In this document: piece by piece, positions 1 to 14,524 of the stretch
Layout of the letters: each line of letters begins with the position of its first letter
How positions within the stretch are numbered: the stretch's first letter is position 1
Source of the DNA: Octopus vulgaris
Lineage: Eukaryota
Assembly: GCA_951406725.2 (NCBI GenBank)
Contig: OX597822.1
Span: forward strand, 24,490,001 to 24,554,000
DNA length: 64,000 bases
Direction of reading: 5' to 3'
The notes under the pieces: model-generated
What the model was told of the DNA's origin: nothing
The model's input: only the letters and a program-made list of their open reading frames with translations
Databases searched by the model: none
Position numbers and translations under genes: made by a program

Positions 1-119
1 AGTTTTGGGTTCAGTTTCACTGTATGGCATCATGGGAAAGTGTTTTCCACTAAAGCTTTGGGCCAATGCGAAAAGCTTGTGAATGGATTTAATAGACAGA
101 AAGTGAGAGAAATAATCAT

Positions 120-475
120 ACACACACATGGGTATATTTGTGTGAGTGTGTGAGTGAGTGAGTGAGTGAGTGCATTTGTGTGCATGCATGCAATTGTGTG
201 TGCGTGCATGCGTATGTGTGTGTGTGTGTTTGTGTGTGCATGCGTGTGTATGTGTGTGTGAGTTTGTGTGTATGTGTGTGAGTGAGTTTGCGCACATGCA
301 AGTTTGCGCGCTCAAGTTTGCATGTGTGTGTGTGTGAGTGTGTGTATGTGAGTGTGTGTATGTGAGTGTGTGTGAGTGAGTGAGTGTGCGTGAGCGAGTG
401 TGAGTGAGTTTGTGTGTGTGAGTGTGTGTATGTGTGAGTGTGTGTGTATGAGTGTGTGTGTGTGAGTGAGTGTGA
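120..475. repeat. Compound (GT)n/(GTGA)n microsatellite
   Basis: Direct reading; explains the His/Thr-repeat ORFs 116..541 and 312..614. Confidence 0.95.
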
Positions 476-1173
476 ATATTTGGGAGTTTTTGTTCTGACA
501 TTGTATGATAATTGTTGGTCCAGGGCCATAGATGAAGACACTTGCCCATGGTGCCATGCAGTGTGGGATTGAACCCAAAATCATGTGGTTGACAAGCAAA
601 CTTCTTAACCACACAACTCTGCCTGCACCTGTTACATAAAAAAATAAATACTAAAACCGGATGGTCCTGGCTGGAATGTTAGTGATCGTAAGAACAAGGA
701 ATCTGATACAAACCTATCCAAAGGCTTAGTTTTGGCTTAAGTGAAAATGCTAATAATAATCCTTTCTATTATAGGCACAAGGTCTGAAATTTTTGGGGGA
801 AGGGGACAATCGATTACATCAACCCCAGTACACAAATGATACGTATTTCATCAACCCTGAAAGGATGAAAAGCAAAGCCGACCCCGGCAGAATTTGAACT
901 TAGAATGTAAAGACTGACAGAAAAAAAATCAGTAAACGTTTAGCCTGGTATGCTAACGATTCTGCCAGTTTGCACTTTTAAAAATGCTGATAATGATAAT
1001 TTTTTTTTTTTTTCTTGTTGGCAAAAAGACAACAATTATGAGGGGAGTGGCCAAGTTGATTGTATCAACTGCAGTACTTGACTGGTACTTTATTTTATCA
1101 ATTCTGACAGGTTGAAAAGCAATGTGATGAGTCAAGAGAAATATTGTTATGCATTTTATCTCATGTTCTAATG

Positions 1174-1719
1174 CAGTAGTTCCAAATCCGGGGTCCGTGG
1201 ACCGCTGGTGGTCCGTCAACTAAATTCAAAATTTCATATATATATCATCATCATCATCGTTTAACATCCGTTTTCCATGCTAGCATGGGTTGGATGGTTC
1301 AGCCAGGTTCTGGGAAGCCAGTGGGCTGCACCAGACTCCAGTCTGATCTGGCAGTGTTTCTACAGCTGGATGCCCTTCCTAACGCCAACCACTCCATGAG
1401 TGCAGTGGGTGCTTTTTACGTGCCACCAGAGGCTGGTAGCGGCCACGATCGGTTGGTGCTTATTACGTGCCACCGGCACAGAAGCCAGTCAAGGCAGCGC
1501 TGGCATCAGCCACGTTCAAATGGTGCTTTTTACATGCCACCGGTACAGGTATCACAACTACAATTCCCATTTGATATTTATTTTGATGTACTTGACTCAA
1601 TAGGTCTCATATATATATACACACACACACACATTATATATATATATATACATAAAGATAAGCAGATTAAAAGGGGTCTGTGGGAAAACTCATTTAAATA
1701 AAAGGGTTGGGAGCCACTG
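1174..1719. mobile_element. hAT-type MITE carrying a nested RTE-tail fragment
   Basis: CAGT...ACTG termini with imperfect TIRs; perfect 8-bp TSD TTCTAATG at 1166-1173 and 1720-1727. Confidence 0.8.
1245..1610 (-). mobile_element. RTE-type LINE 3' end or RTE-tailed SINE with (GAT)n tail
   Basis: Same sequence recurs at about 3995-4230 (+), 6900-7122 (+) and 9872-10050 (-); the last copy continues into RTE ORF remnants. Confidence 0.65.
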
Positions 1720-1864
1720 TTCTAATGCTTCTGCCGGCTCACCACTTATAGGGGTAGAGGGTCAGAAGATATTGAGTCAGAAGAAATACTGCAAGGCATT
1801 TTGTCTAATACACTAATGATCCTCCAATAATAATTACAGCAGTAATAATTTTTTTCTACTATAA

Positions 1865-2086
1865 GTGCAGCAGTGGCTGTGTGGTAAGAAGCTTGCTTTC
1901 CAACCACATGGTTCCAGGTTCAGTCCCATTGCTTGCGTTGCACCTTAAGCAAGTGTCTTCTGCTATAGACTCAGGCTGACCAAAGCCTTATGAGTGGATT
2001 TGATAGACAGAAAGTGAAAGAAGCCCATCATATATATATATATTTCCAGGATTAAATAAAAAGACAACAAACAGAATATGACATAG

Positions 2087-2162
<76 letters not shown>

Positions 2163-3700
2163 GTTGGAAACACCTAGCATCATAATTTTTAAATATCTAT
2201 AAAACTGTCAAATGCTTGTTTATTTTTATGTTTTTTTTATATATTATTAGTGTCGCTAAATATGGTTTGCTAAAATTGCTGTTTCTTTTCAGATATCATC
2301 AGAAAAAGGTAATTAAAATTCATAAAAATGACATATCTATCGGACATTCAAAGAGGTCAAATTGTTGGTGCTTGTATGACAGGCGATCGCATAATGAAAA
2401 CAGCCAAAATGTTTGGTGTATCAAGAAGTACTGTCTCAAAAGCAATGACAGCCTTTGAGAAAGAGGGAAAAACCTCATCGAATCAAAACTCTGGAAGAAA
2501 ACCAAAACTTTCAGATAAGGACTGTTGGATTCTTACGTGAATTGTTAGAAAGGATCACAAAAGTACAGCTCCCCAAATTACCGCAGGGCTTAATGACCAC
2601 CTCGAGAACCCAGTTTCCACAAAACTGTTTGCTGGGAGCTGCACAAAGCCAGATTTCACGGGAGGGCTGCAATCAGAAAACCACTGCTTTCAAAAACAAA
2701 CGTTGCAAAGCATTTAGAGTGGAATAAAAACTTACAGAATTGGTCCCTAGAACTGTGGAAGAATGTTATTTTATCGAATGAGTCATCCTTTACCTTAATT
2801 CTGACCAGCAGCTGAGTATATGTGTGGAGACAGCCAAAAGAAGCATTTGACCCAGACTGCCTTCTTCCAACTGTCAAACATGGAGGAGGATCTCTGATGA
2901 TCTGGGGGGGTTATATTTTGAAAATCTGCTGGCCCAATGGTTTCCCTTCATGGCAGAATTAATAGTCAAGACTATTTAAGCATTTTATCTGACCAAATTC
3001 ATCCTATGGTTGCAGAACTGTTTCCGGAGGGAAATGCAATCTTTCAGGATGATAATGCACCAATTCACACAGCTAAAGTTGTTACTGAATGGCATGAGGA
3101 ACATTCTAGCGAAGTTGAACATCTTATCTGACCACCAAAGTCCTCAGATCTCAATATTATTGAACATTTGTGGTGCATTTTAGGAACACAAGTAAGTAGT
3201 GGATATCCTCCACCATCATCACTACAAGAACTGGAGACTGTTTTAGCTGAAGAATAGACAAAATTTCCTTTGGAAACAATTAAACTTTGTACGAGTCTAT
3301 ACCTCATAGAATTCAAGCTGTAATTACTGCCAAAGGCGGTCCTGTCACACATTAAAATAAATTTGTTTGAAATTTTAAGGGGTTTCATTATTTGGTCCAA
3401 TCCCTGTATTTGTTTTTAAATGTCATAAATAAACATTCAACAAATGCTAAATACACAGACGAATGGAAAACACAGATATATATGTATGTATTTGTGTGTC
3501 TGTGTTTGTCCCCCTCCATCGCTTGACAACCGATGTTGGTGTGTTCACATCCACGTAACTTACTGGTTCGGCATAAAAGACCGATAGAATAAATACTAGT
3601 CTTACAAAGAGTAAGTCCTGGAGTTGATTAGTTCGACTAAAGGCGGTGCTCCAGCATGGCTGCAGTCAAATGACTGAAACAAGTAAAGGAGTAAAAGAGT
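1865..3700 (+). mobile_element. tRNA-derived SINE (family B) split by a Tc1 insertion in its internal microsatellite
   Basis: Head GTGGCTGTGTGGTAAG...GGTTCAGTCCC at 1865-2030; matching 3' half with (GTAAAAGA)n-like tail at 3480-3700. Confidence 0.75.
2161..3406 (+). mobile_element. Tc1-family DNA transposon with frameshifted transposase pseudogene
   Basis: Paired-like HTH (QRGQIVGA...TAKMFGVSRSTVS), FQDDNAPIH and SSDLNIIEH motifs of a DD34E-type enzyme; right TIR ends CCCTG|TA; left end lies in (TA)n. Confidence 0.92.
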
Positions 3701-4754
3701 ATATAGGGTACAAAGCCTGAAATTTGGGTGGGGGAGATCTAGTTGATTACATCAGCCCCAGTATTCAACTAGCAATTATATCATTGACCGCAGGCCATGG
3801 CAGAATTTGAGCTCAGAACAAAAAGACAAAGGAAATGTTGTTAAGCGAAATGTCGTCCAGCATGCAAACGATAATTACAGGATTAATAGTAATTGTTTCT
3901 AATAACTGCAAAGCCTGAACTTGTAGTGTGAGGGGAAAAGTTAATTATATTGACCCCTAGTGCTTGATTAGTACTCTATTTTATTGAGCCGCCTTAAAGA
4001 GCACCATCCGAGCATGATCGTTGCCAGAGCGGCTATCTGGCCTCTGTGCCGGTAGCATGTAAAAGCACCCACTACATTCTTGGAGTGGTTGTCGTTAAGA
4101 AGGGCATCCAGCTGTAGAAAACCTGCCAGATCAAGATTGAAGCCTGGTGCAGCCATCTGGTTCGCCAGCCCTCAGTCATTCGTTCAACCCATGCTAGCAT
4201 GGAAAGCGGACGTTAAATGATGAATGATGAGAAGGATAAAAGGTAAAGCTGACTTCAGCAGGATTTGAACTTAGAACACAAAGCAAGACAAAATGCATGT
4301 CACTAAGGAATTTATTTGGCATACTAACAATTCTAGCGGCTCACCATTAGATGCCAATAATCTTTTCTACTGGAAGTACACGACCTCAAATTTAGGGGAA
4401 GGGATTAAGTTGATTGCATTGAATCCCAGTACACAACTGGTACTTAATTTATTGACCCTGAAAAGATGAAAGGCAAAGTTGACCTCAGCAGAATTTGAAC
4501 TCAGAACGTAGCAGCAGATGAAATACCACAACTCAACAATATCTGAACTCAAAATGCAAAAGGCCCAAAACGAAATACTATAGGGTCAGTTAGCCTACTA
4601 TTATTTAAATAATACTGTGACCCTCTGATAATATCTATAATTTTCCATGAGTTAGTGCAGTGGTAAATATCATATTGCACTTAAAGCAAGCAAAAGTATG
4701 TTGTTACATTTTGTTTGTAGAGTAATAAATTTGTGCTAAAAAAGTATTTACATA

Positions 4755-5120
4755 GGCACAGGAGTGGCTGTGTGGTAAGTAGCTTGCTTACTAACCATAT
4801 GGTTCTGGGTTCAGTCCCACTGCACAGCACCTTGGGCAAGTATCTTCTACTGTAGCATTGGGCTTGTGAGTGGCTTTGGTAGACGGAAACAGAAAAAAGC
4901 TCGTCATATGTGTGTGTGTGTGTGTGTGATTGTCCCCACCATCGCTTGACAACCGATGTTGGTGTGTTCACATCCCCGTAACTTAGCAGTTTGGCAAAAG
5001 AGACCCATAGAACAAGTACTAGGCTTACAAAGAAGAAGTCCTGGGGTTGATTTGTTTGTTTGACTAGAGGCGGTGCTCCAGCATGGCCACAGTCAGATGA
5101 CTGAAACAAATAAAAGAATA
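4755..5120 (+). mobile_element. tRNA-derived SINE (family B)
   Basis: A/B-box head, central microsatellite and conserved 3' half; many copies in the window. Confidence 0.85.
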
Positions 5121-5469
5121 TATCTCAGCCTATAACTATAATTTAACTCTTTTGACATCAACCTATCTGAAACCACCAATGATCCCACAATGCAAACTTG
5201 CCATTCAAAAGTGTTGTAAATTTAAACCGTCTTCCATCAAAATTTCCTATTGATTTAAGTTTATAAAACCAACTTGTTTAGCATATAAATCAGCCATATG
5301 TGGCCCAAGCATTCTACCTATTTTATGTTCAAACCAGCCATTCTGGCTTCTCACATGTACCCTAAAATGCCATTTTAAAAATAAACAATCAGATCACCAA
5401 AATCTCGAAGTTAAGAGATTATGCATAATTAATTCAAAACAGCGTAAACAAGTGCACTCAGAGAGGACA

Positions 5470-5820
5470 AACCTCTGCCAAGGCAACACCAACATCCTCG
5501 TGACGATTAGCCAGAGATGATTTTTAAAATGAGAATATCTGAAATATATTCGACTGCTCTCACAAACGAGAATACTAAAAATGAACTTGATCGTTCTCAA
5601 AAATTAAGTGAAAAAAAAAAAACAGGAAAAATAATCCAGAATCCTTGTCTGGTACCAGATCGATTCCAAAATCTAATCAGTTTGTGCCAGTTATGAGTCC
5701 AAACATCCTTGAAAGTTTCATCCAAATCCATCCAGTGGTTCTTGAGATATTTTGTCCACGAATAAGCAAACAAACACGACTGAAAACAATACCTCTACCT
5801 TTGCTAAGGTGGAGGTAATA
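5470..5820 (+). mobile_element. Helentron/DINE-1-like non-autonomous element
   Basis: 5' ACCTCTGCCAAGG and 3' hairpin ACCTCTACCTT-TGCT-AAGGTGGAGGT; subterminal inverted repeat layout. Confidence 0.5.
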
Positions 5821-8456
5821 AATAAGCAAAACATTTGACAAAGAAATCTACATGCTAAAGGGTTAATAAGGACAAAGTTATTCTATCAAATTTTTCATTT
5901 ATTTTAAAATTAATTGAAAGAAAGGGAATGTGTTTTATCAGAAAAATGGTTGTAAAAGGGTTAACACTTTTGATACCAACACACCTGAGATACCCTTGAT
6001 GCTGTAGTACAAATATACTGTTTGAAGGTGATGTAAATTAAAACCTTCTTCTGTCAAAATTTATTGTTAATTTATGTTTCAAACACTGGCTTAATAAAGA
6101 CTGAGTCATATTACTAACTTTTGCATCTTTGAAAATTAATTGAAGGCAAGACAATGTGTTTCAGATGGCAGCTTAGGCAAATGTCTTCTACTATAGCCTT
6201 GGGCCAACCAAAGCCTTGTGAGTGGATTTGGTAGATGGAAACTGAAAGAATCCCATCATATATATATATATATATATATATGTATATGTATATATCTATG
6301 TGTGTGTCTTTGTGTCCGTTCCTCCATCATCACTTGACAACTGGTGTTGGCGTATTTATGTCCCCATAGCATTGTTTTTAAAGCCTAGTGCTTATTCTAT
6401 TGGTCTCTTTTGCTAAACCAATAGGTCCCGGGGTCAAATTGTTTGACTAAAAACCCTTCGAGGCAGTACTCCAGCATGACCAGTCAAATGATTGAAACAA
6501 GTAAAAAAACATAAATAATGGTAACAAAATGGTTAAGGTATGGAGAATTATTAAATGGAAGCATAATTATCAAAGAGAGACACATGCTTAAAGATTTTGG
6601 CAATGCTTTCTATGTTTGGACACATGATATACATGTACCCCAATTTCATCATATACAGCTTACAGTTATGATATTCTGTATCATAACAAAAATTTATATT
6701 TTGATTCATGATGTGCAACAGAAGCAGTATTGGTTTAAAACAGGCATCAGTGTAACATACTTAATGCAGATACAGCATGGAAAGCCAGATTAAGTGTAGC
6801 ATTTGGTTGGAGATAATATTCCCTATGGATATACAGTACCAATTCTAGTGGATGTCTTTCATCTGCTTCTGATATATTTTTGTGTACCACAGCAGAATTG
6901 ATACTGGTGCCACATAAAAACACTTATGTTGGTGCCATGTTAAAAAGCACCCAGTACACTATGTGGAGTGGTTGGTGTTAGGAAGGGCATCCAGCTGTAG
7001 AAACCACACCAGAAGAGACAATGGAGCCTGGTACAGACACTGGCCTTACCAGCTCCGGTCAAACTGTCCAACCCATGCCAGCATGGAAAACAGTTGTTAA
7101 ATGATGAAGATGATGATGATGATTAACACTATATCTATAAGAGGTATTATCTCCTCTGGACAAATACAGAAGTTAATTTGGCTTTCTGTAATGTATCTGC
7201 TTTAAGTATGATACACAGATTGCAAAATTTTGAATTTCAGTTTCTATTTTTGACATTTTTTTTAGATATTAATTTTCGATATTTTTGAGGCACACCTGGT
7301 TACATATTGTGGCATCAGGAACCTCTGTTTTGGTGGGTTGTCACCTCTTTTTTAAAGTATCAAGTCTAAGGTGGCAAGCTGGCAGAATCGTTATCATGTT
7401 GAGCAAAATACTTAGTGGTACTTTGCCTGTCTTTAGGTTCCGAGTTCAAATTCTGTTGAGGTGAACTTTGCCTTTCATCCATTTGGGGTCGATAAATCAA
7501 GTACCAGTTGAATACTGGGGTTGATGTGATCGACTGTCTCCCACCCCACAAAATCCAGGCCTTGTGCCTATAGTAGAAATAATTATAAAGTATCGAGTCT
7601 GTCAGTCAGTCAGGGTTCATCCTTCCTTGTCTCTCGTAAAGGCAATATGAATTAAATGACTCATTAAGAAGTAAAACATGTGGCTTATTACTGATCAACA
7701 GCTGCACCTATACACACCATACATTTGAAAGTTTGATCCTTATAAGGTTATGACATGATAGTTTATCCTAAAAACAAAAAATTCTATAATTGATAACTCC
7801 ACATAAGTAAAAAGTGACAGATTCAAAAAACTCACTGAGAAGGCTACAGATGTGTAACAGAAAACTTTTATAGATCAATTATTTAAAGAAGTGAATTTCT
7901 ACCAGTGTGTGTATATTCATTGGCAGAATGACCTTTCACAGATTTATAAGGAAAAGCTGTAATCATTTGAAATGACCAAAGTATGTACCTGTCAACACCA
8001 CTATACCAGTCTGCAATATAGTCACATGGTCTTCTAGAAACAGCAACCAAATCTACCTCAAATCTGATTCTGCCATTAAAAAGAAAACAAAAACCCAAAC
8101 ATATTGGATAATTCCAAGCTTGTAATGCTGTGTTTGAATAAAATAGGTGATGGTCATGGTTGGATGATATTTCTTCAACAGTTTACTCAGTCATGGTTGA
8201 CATAGAATTAAAACAATTTCATTACTAATTATTGTAATATTTATGAAGGCACATGGCTTAGTGGTTAGGGTATTTGACCACTGATCATAAGGTTGTGAGT
8301 TTGATTCTTGGCAGTGCATTTTGCCCTTGAGCAAGACACTATATTTTATGTTACTCCAGTTCACTCAACTGGAAAAAACAAGTTGTACCTGTAATTCAAA
8401 AGGGCCGACCTTGTCACTTTTGGTGTTGCACCAAATCCCTCTGAGAACTACATTAA

Positions 8457-8676
8457 CCCTTTCGTTACTAACCCGGCTGAAACCAGCTCTGGCTCTGAGT
8501 ACAAATGTCTTGTTTTCATAAGTTTTGAATTAAAATCTTCCACCAAACCTTAGTCAAAATTTATCCTCCTAACACTAGCTTAATGATAACTAAGTTATTT
8601 TACTAAATTCTGTGTTATATTTAAAGTAATTGAAAGAAACACAGAGCATCTCAAAAGAAGTATGGTAACAAAAGGG
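8457..8676. mobile_element. piggyBac-type MITE
   Basis: TTAA TSDs at 8453-8456 and 8677-8680; TIRs CCCTTTCGTTAC / GTAACAAAAGGG; decayed relatives at about 5145-6530. Confidence 0.8.
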
Positions 8677-9177
8677 TTAAGGGTATGTATGTCTGTGGAG
8701 TGCTCAGCTACTTGTACATTAATTTCATGAGCATGCTATTCCATTGATCATAAAGACCCCTTTGGTCATAGATGACCATGAGATTGCACCTCCAAGGCAC
8801 AAGTCTGGGCAAGGTTGTTTATGGAAGACCAACAGTTGTCCATGAATACCAGTTTCCCCTCTCCATGTCACCAATGTTATCCAAGGGAAAGGCAAAGGCC
8901 AATACAGCTTGGCACCAGTGACATCTCAGCTCATTTCTACAGCTGAGTGAACTGGAGCAACATGAAAAAGTAGTGTCTTGTACAAGAACACAACACACAG
9001 CCCAATCCAGGAATCAAACTCACTACCTTGTGATTGTGAGCTTGATGCTCTGACTACTGAGCCATGGATCACCTGGAACACATGTCATTGTAACTGACAG
9101 ATTGCCAGTTTTATTTTAATAGAAAATAAAATTTCTTAGTTTATGATCAAGTGTGCTAATATCTAATATTAATCATT

Positions 9178-9376
9178 CTTTTACTCTTTTACTTGTTTCA
9201 GCCATTTGACTGCGGCCATGCTGGAGCACCGCCTTTAGTCAAGCAACTCGACCCCAGGACTTATTCTTTGTAAGCCCAGTACTTATTCTATTGGTCTCTT
9301 TTGCCGAACCGCTAAGTAACAGGGACGTAAACACACCAGCATCGGTTGTTAAGCAATGCTAGGGGGACAAACACAG

Positions 9377-9425
<49 letters not shown>

Positions 9426-9595
9426 TATATACGACAGGCTTCTTTCAGTTTCTGCCTACCAAATCCACTCACAAGACTTTGGTCGGCCCGAGGCTATAGT
9501 AGAAGACACTTGCCCAAGGTGCCACGCAGTGAGGCTGAACCCGGAACCATGTGGTTGGTAAACAAGCTACTTACCACACAGCCACTCCTGCACCT
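9178..9595 (-). mobile_element. tRNA-derived SINE (family B), full length
   Basis: Reverse complement of the family B consensus; further copies at about 19135-19485, 21960-22310, 49690-50100 (all minus) and 61965-63240 (split). Confidence 0.88.
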
Positions 9596-10051
9596 ATTTG
9601 ATCAAAGTTTTTTTTTTAAAAATAGATATAGTATATGTGTTGTGGATTGTGGAGCTATTTCTGATTAGTACCAAGAACAGTGCCAAAACTGATTCGAGGA
9701 AAATTTGAACTCAAAACAAGAAAAAGACAGATAAATGAGTGCAGGCGAGGCTATGAGATAAAGAAGCTTTCTTCATAACTTTTCAGACAAGTGTTTTATA
9801 CTAAAGCTCCTTGAGTTGACTAAATTCTTGAGAAAATACATATAGATACACACATGCACAAACACATGTAAATCATCATCATTTAACGTCTGTTTTCCGT
9901 GCTGGCATGGGTTGTGGAGTTTGACAGGAGCTGACCAACCAAAGTGCTGCTCAGGTTCCCTCCCTTTTTTTGCATGGTTTCTATGGCTGGATACCCTACC
10001 TAACACTAACCACTTTACAGAGTGTACTGGGTGCTTTTACGCAGCACCAGC

Positions 10052-10330
10052 AGGAGGCGCAATGGCCCAGTGGTTAGGGCAGTGGACTCGCAGTTGGAGG
10101 ATCGTGGTTTTGATTCCCAGACCGGGTGTTGTGTGTGTTTATTGAGCGAAAACACCTAAAAGCTCCATGAGGCTCCAGCAGGGGGTTGTGGCGACCCCTG
10201 TTGTACTCTTTTGCCCCAACTTTCTCTCACTCTTTCTTCCTGTTTCTTGTCCCCGACTTCCTATACAACCACTGAGCTTGGATGCGCATTCATCCATCTG
10301 TCGATGCTCTCGGTGTCGGGGGTTGACCTT
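10052..10330 (+). mobile_element. tRNA-derived SINE (family C)
   Basis: Head GGAGGCGCAATGGCCCAGTGGTTAGGG...GGTTT(C/T)GATTCC; copies at about 25798-26100, 30862-31160 (+) and 38865-39160 (-). Confidence 0.85.
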
Positions 10331-10489
10331 TCTCTTCGGCAAAGGACCATGTTTCGGACTTCTCCCATCTTGCGAGCTCTGGGATGAAGACCGTTCGCTC
10401 AACAGCAACAGCAGCACCAGCACTTACAGGCTCTCAAGTTTAGGGATGCTCAGCTGGAGAGGGTTGCGGGGCAACCACGCTTTTATTTA

Positions 10490-11243
10490 GCTTGACATAT
10501 CTTTTCAAGCACAGCAAATTGCCTGGAGTCTCAGTCTTCTGTCATTCCCTCTGTGAATCCCAATGTCTATAGATTCTTTCTCACCACCTCGTCCCATGTC
10601 TTCCTGGGTCTACCCCTTCCACATATTCCCTCTACAATTAGAGATCAGCATCTCTTGATGCAACTGTCTCCATTCATACACATTAAATGGCCATACCAGC
10701 ACAATACATTTCATGCTACCCAGTTTTTCTCTCAAATCACTTACACCCTGTAGTATATGCACACTGACATTACCCATCCAGTAAAACATACTGGTTTCAT
10801 TTCTTCCAAGTCTTCACATATTCTCAGAAATCACAGCCCATGTCTCACTGCCATGCAGCATAGCTGTTTGTACACAAGCATCATACAATCTCTACCTTTC
10901 ACTCTGACGGAAAGGCCCTTCATTACTAACAGAGGTAGTAGCTCTCTGTACCTGCACATATGCCACATGTAAATACTACCTTCTCCATTAGTTGTCCAGT
11001 GATACGGCTGCACCGCTTATGTGTCCATAGCTTGCACTGAATACACCTTATGGAGTTTCTCCTGACACCTTTTCTACATATTGAGCAGGGCCATCTCCCC
11101 AAAGGGATCTGTGACTTATCTGTTTTCCTACTTACTAATACTTTGGTCTTTGCTAAATTAACTCTAAGTTGCTTTGATTCCAGACCTTGGTTCCATACCT
11201 GAAATTTCTTCTCTAATTCTGGTAGCAATAAGAAGGTCATCAT
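10490..11243 (-). mobile_element. RTE-clade LINE ORF2 remnant (RT C-terminus plus Cys/His finger)
   Basis: LRVNLAKTKVL RT motif followed by WPCSICRKGV...NSIRCIQCKLWTHKRCS; frameshifted and internally deleted. Confidence 0.85.
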
Positions 11244-11402
11244 CCCAAGGGTAGCTAGTCTTACACCCAGTGTTCAAATACTACTGAGGTCAACTTTACC
11301 TTTCATCCTGTCAGGGTTGATGTCATCAACAAGCCCAGCTGCCCCTTAAAAAGTTTCATGCCTTATGCCTATAGTAGAAAATATTATTATTATTATTATA
11401 TA

Positions 11403-11849
11403 CAAGTTGTCCTTGACTTATGACCACAATTGGTTCTGATTGACTGGTCATAAGTCGATTTGGCCTACATAGCTTTGTTTCATATTTTTACATTCCTAAG
11501 GTACATTCTCAGGTAAAAGTCAGACACAGCATTCTGTATTATACTATTATACTGGCGTTGGTCAAAAATTTTGGAGTCTCAAGCAGTCGTCTTATAAACA
11601 AATACGAGGTTACCTTGATGTCTCTGCGACAGGATATTTATCCAACACAGTGGTGATAGATAACCAAACCTAGGGGAAGCATTTGTTAGCTGACATATAT
11701 CCATACACATAGATGGATTAATTTCTAAGAAATTTTAACCCATTAGATTTCAACTGGGCTATTTACTATTGCTGCTGGGAGCTGGCATGCCAATCATCAT
11801 AAAGTCAATCAGTTGTAAGTCAGATAAGTCATAAGTTGACGACGACCCG
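11403..11849. mobile_element. Tigger/pogo-like MITE
   Basis: TA-flanked imperfect TIRs CAAGTTGTCCTTGACTTATGAC / GTCATAAGTTGACGACGACCCG. Confidence 0.65.
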
Positions 11850-14524
11850 TATATCTATTGATTAAGTATGAGTATATATACATATTTTCATACATTGTAT
11901 ATATTATTATAATGATGATACCTTTGGTGTCAAAATTACAATGATATCTGTCTGGCGGCTGATGAGGGTACTTCCCTGGCTGTGTTAAACTGGATTTCTT
12001 TCTATCATTATGTCTAAGCTGGTTTCTTAAAGCCCAGTAATTTTTTTTTTCCTGACTTTTGCTTTGATATGCTCAACTACAATAATATATATTTAAGCTC
12101 ATTGTCATTTCCATAGAGTTGATGTTTGTGTGAGATGTAATTTTATTAGTATGGTTTGTAAATAACTATAATGTAACAAGGTCAACTTGCAGGTATAAGG
12201 TGAATAAAGAAGCTTTTAGAATTAGGAATATATTTAAGGTGGTGAGCTGGTCGAATCATTAGTGTGCTAGACAAAATGCTTAGTGGCATTTCACCCATCT
12301 TAACATTCTAAGTTCAAATTCCACTGAAGTCAACTTTACCTTTCATCCTTTCAGGGTTGATAAAATAAGCACCAGTAGAGCACTGGGGGGGTTGATGTAA
12401 TTGACTAGTCCTTGCTACAAAATTTTAGGCCTTGTGCCTATAGTAGAGTATATATATATATATTTCTAAATTGTGTGTGTGTTATTAATGTATAATTATT
12501 ATGTTGAGATTATCATTTAGTAACTTAATTACATTATCATTACATATATTGTATCATTAATATTACATGTGTTATTAATATAATTATATTGTTCTAAAGT
12601 GTATAATTATTGTATGTATGTATGTATGTATATATATATTATGCGTATATTATATATACATAGAAAGATGGATATATTATGCGTATATTATTTTTTATAT
12701 ATACATTTCCACCATATCTTGTGTGTGTGTGTACACATATTTATAGATACACATGCATGTGTGTTTTATAAAGGTATAGATATGCGCGCACGCATCCATA
12801 CTACATTGTATTAATTTCGAAAATGCTTAAAAAATGTTGAGAATTCGCAAAATATCTAATTTTACCATTTTGCAGTATGTGATACAGGTATTAAAAGAGA
12901 TATAAACCAGGAGACATTGAATAAATTCTTACATTAAATTTATACCATGCAGTTTCATAACTATGTATCCAAGTTTAAATAATTCTTAAGTGCATTGACC
13001 ATTTAGGGTGATAGCACTTTCAGAGCCGCTTGCTTGACTATTTGGAGTCAACGACAGCGCACATATGTAGTCGCACGCATTGCTAGAAATATCATCCGAT
13101 AAATCTGCCGCAAATTACACCCTACCATGTTATCTAAAAAGGAAAAGATGCGGGCCAAAAACACGTTAAGTAATGTGGTTTTGCAGTTTTAGATATCCTT
13201 TAAATATACGGGATTGTCGCAACTGGAATGGCTTTGATCATAAAATATGTTCGATCTTAAGTTGACATGGTGCTTAACAACAGAAGCAACTTGGTCCCAT
13301 CAAGGTAGAGAAGGGATCAGAAACTTTAACAATATCGATTCTCCTCTTTACTTGTTATTAAAAGGGAACAGCGTGCAAGCAGCTGACTACTGTCAGACAG
13401 GCGGCAGAAACACTGCATAATTTGTCATGTGTATTCCGTCGTTGTCGGCGAAGTGGTGATGCTTCATTGAAAAGCCATCACCAACCGGCTTGGAGGCAGA
13501 AATCTCAGATCAGACAAGCAGGAAGAAGAATAAGAAGTGGTGCATCAAAAACACATCAGAAAGCAGCATGATGATGATGGTGGGGGTAATGAAAATGTTA
13601 GTACCTCCATGCTGGAACAACTAGACTGGCGGACAACAAACCGATAGAAAAATACGAAATTCGAACAGGAAAACATCGCTGAACAAGCTGTGTTACATTG
13701 AGAAGAAGTTATGCCAATCTCGAAACACGAATAAATATATTGGAACCATTCCAGTCACACTTTGTTCTATAACCATCGATATGTTCGCTTACTCGAACCA
13801 CTAAAAATAGCAGCAAAATCTTCCTCAAATAGCCCGTTAGTTTATGTAACTGTTTATTTTTTTAAGGAAATTGCATAATGTAATCCTAGATAGACTGTGT
13901 CAGCACAGAAGACAGTATCATTAACGCTGGTGTCTTTATGGGTGTCTGCTTGATCGGGCACCGACCTGCAGTGTAAGAGCACATGATTATATACGTACGA
14001 TCTGAAGATTTTAACATTGTTGTTTACAGCAAAAAACCAGCAGAAATGTAGATAGGGGATAATTTTAACAATGACCGAAAATATCAATGCTAGAAAATAC
14101 CATTATTAGTGTTGGTTGCTTAGAAGAATTAGAATAGAAGCAGCAGGAAGAATGGTATCGGTGGTAGTAATAGTGGTGGTAAGATGGTAATTGTGATGTC
14201 GGTTAGAGAGAACGTGTCGCAAATTCGTCATTTTTATTAAAATCAAGAATGTTTATTATAAACTGCATACACACGCACACACACACCACGTGAGATAGAG
14301 AAAGAAAGAGAGAGAGAAAAAGGTGTGCGAGATGTGTAATATGCACAAACACATGAATACCCATTCAAATATGCAAATATATGTGTGCATGAATGTAAGT
14401 ACAGACTGCGTGTATGTATGAGAAAATGTGTATAGATGCGTGCGCTTATCGTAGCATGGGAAACAAGTATATATGAAAAATTATTATTATAACTAAATTG
14501 TTAAAACTTCGTTACTTTAGTGCA

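Noticed and set aside
11613-11668. Exon-like segment on the minus strand (CCCCTAG...AAG|GTAAC) considered as SAT exon 2 or a poison exon
   Set aside because: No SSAT similarity in any frame, and it lies inside a MITE
11912-11965. ATGATGA...CTGA as a C/D snoRNA, or CTGATGA as a hammerhead core
   Set aside because: Too short, no terminal stem, no recognisable guide and no GAAA
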